The notes under the pieces: generated by a model
Database searches by the model: none
The model's input: only the letters and a program-made list of their open reading frames with translations
What the model was told of the DNA's origin: nothing
Shown: piece by piece, positions 1-9,210 of the stretch
Layout: every line of letters begins with the position of its first letter
How positions within the stretch are numbered: the first letter of the stretch is position 1
Source: Cyanophora paradoxa CCMP329
Taxonomy: Eukaryota > Plantae > Glaucophyta
DNA length: 41,588 nt
NCBI GenBank assembly: GCA_004431415.1
Contig: QPMI01000348.1
Location: forward strand, 1-41,588
Direction: 5' to 3'
Position numbers and translations under genes: made by a program

Positions 1-2352
1 CCTCGGTCTTCTCGACGAAGAAGTCCGCCTGGCTGCAATTGATCTCCGGCCCCAGGCAGGCGACGCCCACCGCTTCATGTCGTCGGCGAAGATCGCCAGC
101 TTGTCGGTCTGGTGGATGTCGTACGCCATCGAGGCGGCGAAGAATTCGTGCGGATGGTGCGCCTTGAGCCAGGCGGTCTGATAGGCGAGCAGCGCGTAGG
201 CGGCGGCGTGCGACTTGTTGAAGCCATAGCCGGCGAACTTGTCGATCAAGTCGAACAGCTCGTTCGCCTTCGCCGGCTTGATGTCGCTCTTGGCGCAGCC
301 CTCGACGAAGCGCAGCGCTGGGCGTCCATTTCCGCCTTGATCTTCTTGCCCATGCGCGGCGCAGAAGGTCGGCGTCGCCAGCGAGTAGCCGCCAGGATCT
401 GCGCGCCTGCATCACCTGTTCCTGATAGACAAAGATGCCATAGGTTCTTCGAGGATCGGCTTCAGCAGGATGTGCGGATATTCAATCTCTTCCTCCGTTC
501 TTGCGGCGCCGAACATCGGGATTTGTCCATCGGGCCGGGCGATAGAGCGACACAGCGCGATGATGTCGCCGAAATTGGTCGGACGCACGGCCGCCAGCGT
601 CGCGCATGCCTTCGATTCCAGCTGGAACACGCCGACCGTGTCGCCGCGCTGGAGCAGTTCATAGACCTTGGCATCGTCCCAGGCGAGCGTGTCGAGATCG
701 ACGTGACGCCGCGCCTTGAGCAGTTGCACCGCCTTTTGCAGCACCGACAGCGTCTTGAGGCCGAGAAAGTCGAACTTCACCAGCCCGCGCCTTCGACGAA
801 CTTCATGTCGAACTGGGTCACCGGCATGTCGGATCGCGGATCGCGATAGAGCGGCACAACTGGCCAGCGGCCGGTCGCCGATCACCACGCCGGCCGCGTG
901 GTGGAAGTGGCGCGGAAGCCCTCCAGCTTCATCGCATAGTCGATCAGGCGCTGACCTGATTGTCTTGTCATATTCGCGAACTCGGCGACGCCGTTCAGCG
1001 ATCGCTCCAGCGTCCAGGGATCGGTCGGATGGTTGGGCACAGCTTGGCAAGGCGATCGACCTGGCCATAGCTCATCTGCAGCACGCGGCCGGTATCCTTC
1101 AGCACGCGCGGCCTTCATTTACCGAAGGTGATGATCTGGGCGACATGGTCGCGCCATATTTCTGCTGCACGTAGCGGATCACCTCGCCGCGCCGCGTTTC
1201 GCAGAAGTCGATGTCGAAGTCGGCATGAGACGCGTTCCGGTTCAGGAAGCGCTCGAACAGCAGGCCCAGTTGCAGCGGATCGAGATCGGTGATGGTCAGC
1301 GCCCAGGCGACCAGCGATCCGCACCCGAACCCGGCCCGGCCCACCGGAATATCATGATCCTTGCCCATTTGATGAAGTCGGCACGATCAGGAAGTAGCCG
1401 GGAAGCCCATCTGGATGATGATGTCCATTTCGAACTCAACCGTTCGAAATAGGTTGCGCGCTCGTCCGCGATGATCCCAGCCTTTTCCAGCCGGGCCTCC
1501 AGCCCCGCGATCGACGGTCGCGCAGCATGATGCCCTCGCCCTCGATTCGCCGGCAAGGCTGGCAGGATCGGCTTGCGCTTGGGCGCCATCACCGCGCAGC
1601 GCTGGGCCACGACCAGCGTGTTGGCAGCGCCTCGGGCAGGTCCTCGAACAGCCGCTTCATCTCCGCCGCGGCTTCATCCAGGCATCGGGCGAGCTGGGCG
1701 GCGATCGGGCGTCTCGACATAGGCGCATCGGCGATGCACAGCATCACGTCATGGCCGCGTGGAATCCGGCTCGGCAAGCAGGTCGGGTTGGTCGCGACCA
1801 GCGGCAGATTGCGGTCATAGGCCAGGTCGAGCAGATGCGGCTCCGCCTGCCCTCTACCGGTCGACCGGCGGCAGATCTCGACATAGAGCCGATCGGGAAC
1901 AGCGCCTGAACCGGTCGCGTAGCGAGCGCGCGTCGGCTGATCCTCGCGAACAGCGCGCCAGCGCCCCTCGCGCCGGCGTGAGGCGAGCACCCTCGGTTCG
2001 CCCTTCCAGCGCGTCGAAGGTATGGCGCATCCTCCAGCGGCGATCGAGATGCGCCATCGAACGAGTCGCACAGGTTCGATAGCCGCTCGTCCTGCGCATA
2101 GAGCGCGAGCCAGTCGATCGCGCCGCGACACGTCCGGCATGTCGGCCGCTGACCGCCAGCAACGTGCCGATGATCGGCTGGATACCCGACTGATGCAGCA
2201 TCGCGAAGCTCATCGAGCGTAGAGACCGTTGCGATCGCCACCGCCGCCGGAAAACCCAGTTCCTTCGCACGCTTGGCGATCGCTTCGGCTCGATCGCGCC
2301 CTCCAGCATGGTGAAGGACGAGAAGACCGAAGCGGAACGAAGCCGAATGCAT
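1..2352 (-). CDS. dnaE: DNA polymerase III subunit alpha (3' end runs out of the window; many frameshift errors)
   Basis: Fragments across frames: N-terminal PHP start [126 protein letters not shown] at 2352-2350. Confidence 0.95.
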
Positions 2353-2400
2353 GACCCAAGTGTAGGGAGCCGCTCTCGGCAGCGCCACCCGCGGAGAGCG

Positions 2401-2409
2401 TTGTCCACA
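2401..2409 (+). promoter_or_regulatory. DnaA-box-like 9-mer upstream of dnaE
   Basis: TTGTCCACA, one mismatch to TTATCCACA, about 50 bp upstream of the dnaE start. Confidence 0.35.
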
Positions 2410-2502
2410 ATTTTCAAGTCCTTGGGCTCAGGATTCTTCCCTACGCGCGGACTCGGACGGGTGCTCTCCTGAATGGCGGCTTCATTACCAATCGTTCACA
2501 TC

Positions 2503-2510
2503 ATGGTTAA
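2503..2510 (-). promoter_or_regulatory. CtrA half-site (TTAACCAT) in the dnaE / mraZ-like divergent region
   Basis: ATGGTTAA on + equals TTAACCAT on -, inside an AT-rich intergenic stretch that also holds four GANTC sites. Confidence 0.4.
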
Positions 2511-2659
2511 CGGCAATAAACATTTCGCCGACGAAACGGAACGGTTCATCGGCGGATCAGAATTAGGCGTTATTATGGCAAACATAAGGCAAGCAAGGAA
2601 CCATATGTGGTTTCAGTGACTTACCAGAACAGAATCACCCTTTCTGACGAGTCGATGCC

Positions 2660-3137
2660 ATGAATGCCCTTTACCATGGTAGCGAGCTCTGCGAGGTCGA
2701 TGCGGACGGCAGCGTCGCCGTCCCGGCCTTTCTCGCAGCCGCGCTGCTCCCGAAGCCAGCCCGAGATCATCGTCGCCAAGCACCAGGCGGACAGCTGCCT
2801 GGTCGGCTATGACCGCGCGCACCTTGCCACGCTCGCCGAGCGTGCCGAGCGCCGTCGCCTGGCCGAGGAGGAACAGGGCGCGGAGGCCGCGACCATTATC
2901 GCCGGATGCGCGACACCTTCGGCCTTTCCGAACGGATGCGACGCGACGCCAAGGGCTGCGCATCCCGGCTGCGATGCGCCATCTGGGCCGCATCGGCGAC
3001 CTCGCCCTGTTCGTCGGCGCCGGCGACAGTTTCGAGATATGGAACCGGCGCTCGCCCTCGAAAGCGGCGACGAGCATTTCCGCGCCCTGGCCGAATTTCG
3101 CCTGCGGATGCGCGGCAGCAGATCCAAGGGAGTGTAG
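2660..3137 (+). CDS. MraZ-like (SpoVT/AbrB fold) transcriptional regulator, stand-alone paralogue
   Basis: Reconstructed MNALYHGSELCEVDADGSVAVPAFL...KHQADSCLVGYD...FGLSERM..DAKG..IPAAMRHLGRIGDLALFVGAGDSFEIWN. Two D.xG.v.vP repeats and the C-terminal FVG.GD.FEIWN motif are typical of MraZ. Confidence 0.75.
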
Positions 3138-3141
3138 TGAG

Positions 3142-3568
3142 ATGCGTATCCGTTGCAGCGTGATGGCCATGCCGCCGGCACCATCCATCATCACAACCAG
3201 GGCTCGACTTCGCGGTCTGCCACCATTGCGGCCGCGACCTGGTCCGCCCGAAGGCGGCGAGTGGAGCGAAGTGCCGGTAGGATTCCAGGTCGTGTGGCGC
3301 GAATTCGGCCGGGCGAGCGACGCCGCCTCGGTCGCCGACCGAATGGCGCGGATGGCGCCGCACCGCGCCGCCGCGACCCGCGGAACGCGCGGCCCGCGCC
3401 GCGCCGCGATCCGCGCGGCCGCCGTTCAGCGCCGACTTCGGCATGCTCGGCGCGCTCGCGAACCTCGGCAAGCTGGTGACCAGCGAGGTGGAAGACGACA
3501 GCACCGGCATCGAGGCCGATGGCCAATATGTGATCCGCCTGCCGCACACCGGCACGACGAAGCACTGA
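3142..3568 (+). CDS. hypothetical protein with an N-terminal Cys/His cluster
   Basis: ATG 4 nt after the mraZ-like stop. Reconstructed MRIRCSVDGHAAGTIHHHNQGLDFAVCHHCGRDLVRPEGGEWSEVPVGFQVVWR...GQYVIRLPHTGTTKH*. Confidence 0.55.
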
Positions 3569-3661
3569 GCCAAGCGATGCCTTAGGGACTGGGCCGGCAC
3601 AGCCCCATCCCCAAGTGCCGGCGGCGGAGCGCCTCCTCCCGTTCCGCCGCCGGCCAGCTTC

Positions 3662-4722
3662 TCAAGCGATGCTCGTTCGCAGCACCCGTGCTCCGCTTCC
3701 GCCGCGGCAGGTCCGCCACCCGTCCGTAGCGCCGATCGCCTTGGGCAGGCCTAGCATGCTCAGCAGATAGCCGACGATCGCGCTCCGCCATAGCCGACCA
3801 GCGGCGTCGGATAATTGCCCAGCGCCGCCGCCAGCACGATCGCCAGCCACAGCGCCCCGAACACTGCGTAGCCCGGATCGCGACGCCACCTGGCACGCGC
3901 CGGCACCAGCGACAGCAGCGATCCCGCCACCACCATCAGCCGGCGAGCGGGTGGACGGCGAAGGCAGTGAACAGGATCTGGTCGACAAAGGGCATGGCCG
4001 GCTGCACGTCTGGCTGGAGCAGCGTGGCGACCGAACCGGCACTGGCTGCCAGCAGTGCCAGCCAAACCTTCCGCTCGGGCGGACCAGTGCCAGCGCGGCG
4101 AGTCCGGCGGCGAGCGCGCCCGCCATCGCCCGGTCGGGCTGCAGCGCCAGCGCGCCCGCCGCAGCGATTACGCCCAGCGTCGAAAGCCGGTCCGCACGGC
4201 GGCGAAGCCGATCGCCAGCACCGGCACCAGGACGAGGCTCGGCTGGATGCTGAGCCCGTAGATCGAGATCCAGCGCGTTGCACCCTCGTTCGAGACGCCG
4301 AGCAGCCTGGCTGCGAGCAAGAACAGCCGAGCGCAAGCAGGACGGTCCCGCCGCGAGCAGCCGCGTGCGCGGCAGGTGCATGACGATCCCGACAGCAAGG
4401 AAGCCGATCAGCAGCGCCGCGAGGTTACGCAGCGGATAGCCGAACGGCGCACCGCCGATCGCCATGTACGCGATCCCAATCCGGTCGCGCCGATCGCGCA
4501 AAACCCACCCGCCTCTTCCACGCCACATCGCCCCGTCTCCTCCATGAACCCGCATCGCCTCGCCGATCGCGCCCCGCAGACAACCGAACGCGAAGCGGAG
4601 GGCTTCCGCCGACGCCGCAATCTCTCCGGTCTCGCGTCGCATCGCCTCGCCCAATGACCAAGCCGCGCGGGCAGCAGCGCCGCGGCAAGGTCGACGAGCG
4701 CCATCGCCAGCAGGCGGATCAT
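3662..4722 (-). CDS. polytopic membrane protein carrying an FtsW/RodA/SpoVE(SEDS)-like motif, PadR-associated (3' end uncertain)
   Basis: ATGA overlap with padR. MIRLLAMALVDLAAALLP..WGEAMRRE..EALRFAFGCL, several hydrophobic segments, GVSNEGATRWISIYGLSIQPS, LALQPDRAMA, LGNYPTPLVGYGG. Confidence 0.65.
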
Positions 4723-5014
4723 GCCGGCTTCCCCGCCAGCGCCGGTGCCACGCCGCGCAGCAGCTCGCGCGCAAAGGCCCGGCCGTCCGCGCTGAGCCGG
4801 TAAGCGTGCCGCGCGGCCGCCCTGGCTCGCTCGGCGGCTGCCACTGCGCTTCGAGATGCCCTGCCCTCCAGCCGGATCAGCAGCGGATAGAGCGTGCCCG
4901 ATTTTATTCCGGCCGCCCGGCCAGCGCATAGCCGTGCGACCAATTCTCCCCCGCCTCCAGCAGGATGGCGAGAAGGTTGCGAGCTGCGGGCGAAAGTGAA
5001 CGGTTCCGAACCAT
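4719..5014 (-). CDS. PadR family transcriptional regulator
   Basis: MVRNRSLSPAARNLLAILLEAGENWSHGYALAGRAGIKSGTLYPLLIRLE...R.HAYRLSADGRAFARE, with the PadR motifs HGY, GTLYP.L.RLE and Y.L...G. Confidence 0.9.
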
Positions 5015-5020
5015 GGGACA

Positions 5021-5050
5021 ATAAATCTATCTAGGTAGACTTAGAGTCAA
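5021..5050 (-). promoter_or_regulatory. padR promoter with a palindromic operator
   Basis: On -: TTGACT...TAGATT a few nt before the ATG. The near-palindrome TCTATCTAGGTAGA (5026-5039) lies over the spacer and -10 region. Confidence 0.55.
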
Positions 5051-5071
5051 CCCCTTCGCCTCGGGCGCGAC

Positions 5072-5080
5072 TTATCCACG
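5072..5080 (+). promoter_or_regulatory. DnaA-box-like 9-mer upstream of gyrA
   Basis: TTATCCACG, one mismatch to TTATCCACA, about 90 bp upstream of gyrA. Confidence 0.3.
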
Positions 5081-5172
5081 GGTTTCCGCTCCTCACGCGG
5101 GCGCGCGCGGGCGCGGGGTTGCAGGATGCTCGGCTCGTTAGGCCGTACGACACACTCAAGAACGAAAGCGCC

Positions 5173-5680
5173 TTGACCGACGAGACCTCCTCGCCGACCC
5201 TTCGGACATCAGCCCATCGCATCGTTGATGAGATGAAGCGAGCTACCTCGATTACGCGATGAGCGTGATCGTGGCGCGCGCGCTGCCGACGTGCGCGACG
5301 GTCTGAAGCCGGTCCATCGCCGCATCTCTATCCGCGCAGAAGCGGGTTCGTCTACAACCGCCCTATCGCAAGTCGGCGCGCTGGTCGGTGACGTGATGGG
5401 TAAATACCACCCGCACGGCGACAGTCGATCTACGACGCACTGGCGCGCATGACCAGGACTGGTCGATGCGCGTGCCGCTGATCGACGGCCAGGGCAATTT
5501 CGGCTCGATGGACCCGATCCGCCCGCCGCGATGCGCTACACCGAAGCGCGCCTGGCAAGGTCGCACTGCGCTGCTCGACGATCTCGACAAGGACACGTCG
5601 ACTTCCACCCAACTATGACGGTCGGAGAGCGAGCCGCGGTCCTGCCGCCGCTTCCCCAACCTGCTGGTCAACGGCGCGGC

Positions 5681-5730
<50 letters not shown>

Positions 5731-7808
5731 AGTGTCGACGCCTGCCTCGCCTATTCGACAATCGCGGCGATCACGACCGAGGAACTGATGCAGATCGTCC
5801 CGGTCCCGACTTCCCGACCGGCGCGCTGATCCTCGGCCGTCGGGCGCCGCACGCCTATCAGACCGGGCGCGGTCGATCATCGTCGCTCGCGCCACGAGTC
5901 GAGGAGGCGCGGCGACCGCCGCTCGATCGTGCTCACCTCGATCCCCTATCAGCAGGGCAAGAACGCGCTGGTCGAGAAGATCGCCGAAGCCGCCAAGGAC
6001 AAGCGGATCGAGGGCGTCAGCGACATTCGCGACGAATCGACCGCGAGGGCGTCGCATCGTCATCGACCTGAAGCGCGACGCACCCCGACGTCGTGCTCAA
6101 CCAGCTCTGGCGCAACACGCCCGCCCAGTCGCTTCCCGCCAACATGCTGGCGATCCGCGGCGGCCGCCCGAACTCTCACCTGCGCGACATCATCAGCCTT
6201 CGTCAAGTTCCGCGAGAGGTCATCACCCGCCGCTCGAAGTTCGAGCTGCCAAGGCCGCGAGCGCGCCACATCTTGCTCGGCCTGGTGATCGCGGTCACCA
6301 ACCTCGACGAGTGGTCAAGATCATCCGCGGTTCGTCGAGCCCGCTGAGCCCGCGAAGCTGCTCGCGCGCGAATGGCCGATCGCGAGATCGCGCCCTATAT
6401 CGCCTGGTCGAGGCGATCGAACCGAAGTCACCGGCGACAGCTACGCTAGCGACGCAGGTCCGCGCGATCCTCGACCTGCGCCTCCACCGCCTGACCGCGC
6501 TCGGCCGCGACGAGATCGGCAACGAGCTGAGGAACTGGCCGGCTCGATCGCCGAGTTGCTCGCGATCCTGGCGACCGCGTGAAGCTCTACGCGTGCATGC
6601 GTGAGAGCTGCCGAGGTCGCGACCATTCGCCACGCCGCGCCGTACGAGATCGCCCCGCCGCCGACGGCATCGAGGACGAGGACCTGATCGAGCGCGAGGA
6701 GATGGTCGTCACCGTCACCGTGCAGGCTATATCAAGCGCACCCCGCTCGACGCTTCCGCGCCAGGCCGCGGCGGCAAGGGCGCGCCGGCATGGCGACCAA
6801 GGACGAGGATGCGTCACCAAGCTGTTCGTCACCTCGACGCACACGCCGGTGCTGTTCTTCTCGACGCCGGCAGGTCTATCGCATGAAGGTCTGGCGCCTG
6901 CCCGAGGGCGGCCCGGCCACGCGCGGCCGGCCGATGATCAACCTGCTGCCGCTGGCCCGGCGAGACGATCTCCACCGTGCTGCCGCTGCCGAGGACGAGG
7001 CGACTGGGGCAAGCTCCATGTCATGTTCGCCACCGCGAAGGGCACGTGCGCCGCAATCGATGGACGCGTTCACCAACGTGCCTCGAACGGCAAGATCGCG
7101 ATGAGTTCGAGGCGAGGACGCCGACGACCGGCTGATCGGCGTCGCCTTGCTCGACGAAGGCGACGACGTGCTGCTCGCCACCCGCAGGGCAGGCGATCCG
7201 CTTCGCCGCCGACGACGTGCGCGAATTCCAGAGCCGCAACTCGACCGGCGTGCGCGGCATGACGCTGAAGACGGCGACGAGTCATCTCGCTGTCGATCCT
7301 CCACGCGTCGACGCGACACCGAGGAGCGCGAGCTATCTGCGCCGCCCGTGGAAGGAGAACGAGGCGAGCCCGACATGGCGCCGACGCTTCGAGCGCTGCG
7401 CCGCGAGCAGTTCATCCTGACCGTCTGCGCCAATGGCTATGGCAAGATCAGCTCGGCCTATGATTATCGCCGCACCGGTCGCGGTGGCCAGGGCATCACC
7501 AATATCGACAATATCGCCGCAACGGCCGGTGTCGGCAGCTTCCCGGCGAGCAAGGGATCAGCTGATGCTCGTCACCGATCAGGCCAAGATGATCCGCATG
7601 CGCTGGCGTCGATGCGCGTCATCGGCCGCAACTCGGCCGGCGTGCGCCTGTTCAACGTCGCGGACACGAGCATGTCGTCTCCGCCGCGCGGATCGAGGAA
7701 AGCGAAGGCGATGCCGAGGCGGAGCTGGGCGATGGCCCATCGCCGGCGACCCGACCCCGACGGCACCACCGGCGAGGATCTCGCACAAGGCCCGAGGACG
7801 GGCAGTAG
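5173..7808 (+). CDS. gyrA: DNA gyrase subunit A (frameshift errors)
   Basis: [51 protein letters not shown] (catalytic Tyr), [18 protein letters not shown], GyrA-box Q(G)RGGKG near 6760-6785, and pinwheel repeats [30 protein letters not shown] start. Confidence 0.96.
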
Positions 7809-7824
7809 GACCGTATTGGCATGA

Positions 7825-7927
7825 CTGCGCCCGGCGAAGGCCGGGGTCCGGTTGCAATGTCGCTCGAGAGGTTGACGCACCTCACTCGCTGCGTCGAGAC
7901 CGGGTCCCGGCCTTTGCCGGGGCGCAG
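7825..7927. repeat. REP/RPE-like intergenic palindromic element
   Basis: Left arm CTGCGCCCGGCGAAGGCCGGGGTCCGGT pairs with right arm ACCGGGTCCCGGCCTTTGCCGGGGCGCAG. Each arm is itself a hairpin (CCGGC-GAAG-GCCGG). Confidence 0.8.
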
Positions 7928-7945
7928 CAAGGCTCAGGAAACGCC

Positions 7946-8292
7946 ATGGCCGACAATATCGCCTACAAGATCCTTACTGCGGATCAGATGCACGTCCTGG
8001 AGCATGAAGGCGTGTTCGAGGGCGCGCCCATCGACCTGGCGGACGGCTATATCCACCTCTCCACGCTGCGCAGGTGGAGGAGACGCTGGGCAAGCATTTC
8101 GCCGGCCAGGCCGGCCTGTGGCTTGCCGCCGTCGATCTGGAGGCCATGGGCGATGCGGTGCGCTGGGAGCCCTCGCGTGGCGGCCAGCTGTTCCCGCACC
8201 TCTATGCCCGGCTGCCGCTGGTCGCGGTGACGGCGTACAGCGAAGTGCATTACGAGCCGGACGGCGCGCTGCGCCTGCCGGTCGCGGGGTGA
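7946..8292 (+). CDS. DUF952 domain protein
   Basis: MADNIAYKILT...FEGAPIDLADGYIHLST..QVEETLGKHFAGQ...VRWEPSRGGQLFPHLYARL. Confidence 0.9.
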
Positions 8293-8336
8293 GGCCACCG
8301 ATCGCGAAATAAATTGCCCCTGCCCCCGGAAGGCGC

Positions 8337-8364
8337 TTGACGGGCATGCAGCTGCCCGTAATTG
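8337..8364 (+). promoter_or_regulatory. sigma70-type promoter of the tRNA gene
   Basis: TTGACG-N16-TAATTG about 20 nt upstream of the tRNA. It overlaps the inverted repeat ACGGGCA-N6-TGCCCGT. Confidence 0.45.
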
Positions 8365-8384
8365 CCCGCTTCCGCAGCGCTAAC

Positions 8385-8459
8385 GGCCCCTTCGTCTAGC
8401 GGTCAGGACGTCGCCCTCTCACGGCGAAAACACGAGTTCGATTCTCGTAGGGGTCACCA
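8385..8459 (+). tRNA. tRNA-Glu (anticodon CTC)
   Basis: GGCCCCT/AGGGGTC acceptor stem, anticodon stem TCGCC/GGCGA with loop CT-CTC-AC, T-loop GTTCGATTC, encoded CCA, 75 nt. Confidence 0.97.
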
Positions 8460-8508
8460 GCGGCTGAAATATGCCGCGCCTGCCATCCTGCACGCCCCGG
8501 GTTCCCGT

Positions 8509-9210
8509 TCAGAACCGCTGCTGCATGCTCTGCGGCCCCTGCGCGATCCGATAGTCGACCGGACCGGCCATGGTCAGCGTCTGCTGCCAGACCTGCCGGC
8601 ATAGAGCCGCTTCGCAGGCAGCGTCACGCACACTGCCGGACGCGCGGGATCGCACTGCTTTCCTTCATAGATCTCGACATTGCTGTTGCCGGCATTGCGG
8701 AGGGTCAGCACGTTGCCGTTACGCTCCCGACGACTTTCACCGTCGGCTGCGCGGGACGATAGATGACGAGCACGTCATAGCCTATCAGCAGCTTCAGCGC
8801 GGTGACCGGCGCACTGACGGGCCCGCGACCGGCTTGACGGCGACGCGGTAGATCCGGTCCGTCGCCCGCGCGGCACGATCGCCGCGATGCGGATGAGCTT
8901 GTGCTCGCCTGGCTGGAGGATCAGCCGTTGCGGGGTGACGAGCAACCCGCCCGCGCCAGGATCGGTGATCGGCGTCCTGGTTTCGCCCGGGTGGCCGGAG
9001 ACACGATCTCGGCGGGCTCGACCGTCACATAGGAGACTTCGGTCCCGTCGTTCCATATGTCGATGTCCTGCGCGATCGCACCCGAGGGCAGGATATCGAC
9101 CACGGCCTGGCTGAGCACGATCCCGCCCTGGCAGGCAGGGCGAGGAGCCCGATGGACGCTGCGGCCGCAAGGATGCGCGTGCTGGTGAGAAAACGCGTCA
9201 GGGTCTGCAT
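8509..9210 (-). CDS. periplasmic fimbrial chaperone (PapD-like N-domain, CS1/ECP-type)
   Basis: Signal peptide MQTLTRFLTSTRILAAAASIGLLALPA, then QDIDIWNDG..SYVTVEP.EI, GLLVTPQRLILQPGEHKLIRI, RIYRVAVKPV, LLIGYDVLVIYRP, LTLRNAGNSNV. Overlaps the usher stop. Confidence 0.8.

Noticed and set aside
1-7808. dnaE and gyrA (and the pcc/scpA genes) as pseudogenes or programmed frameshifts
   Set aside because: dnaE and gyrA are essential and their motifs are intact. The scattered single-base deletions lack slippery-site patterning and fit sequencing error.
8440-8470. Active integrative element or prophage at tRNA-Glu
   Set aside because: No integrase, phage or conjugation genes, and no duplicate of the tRNA 3' end found in the window.
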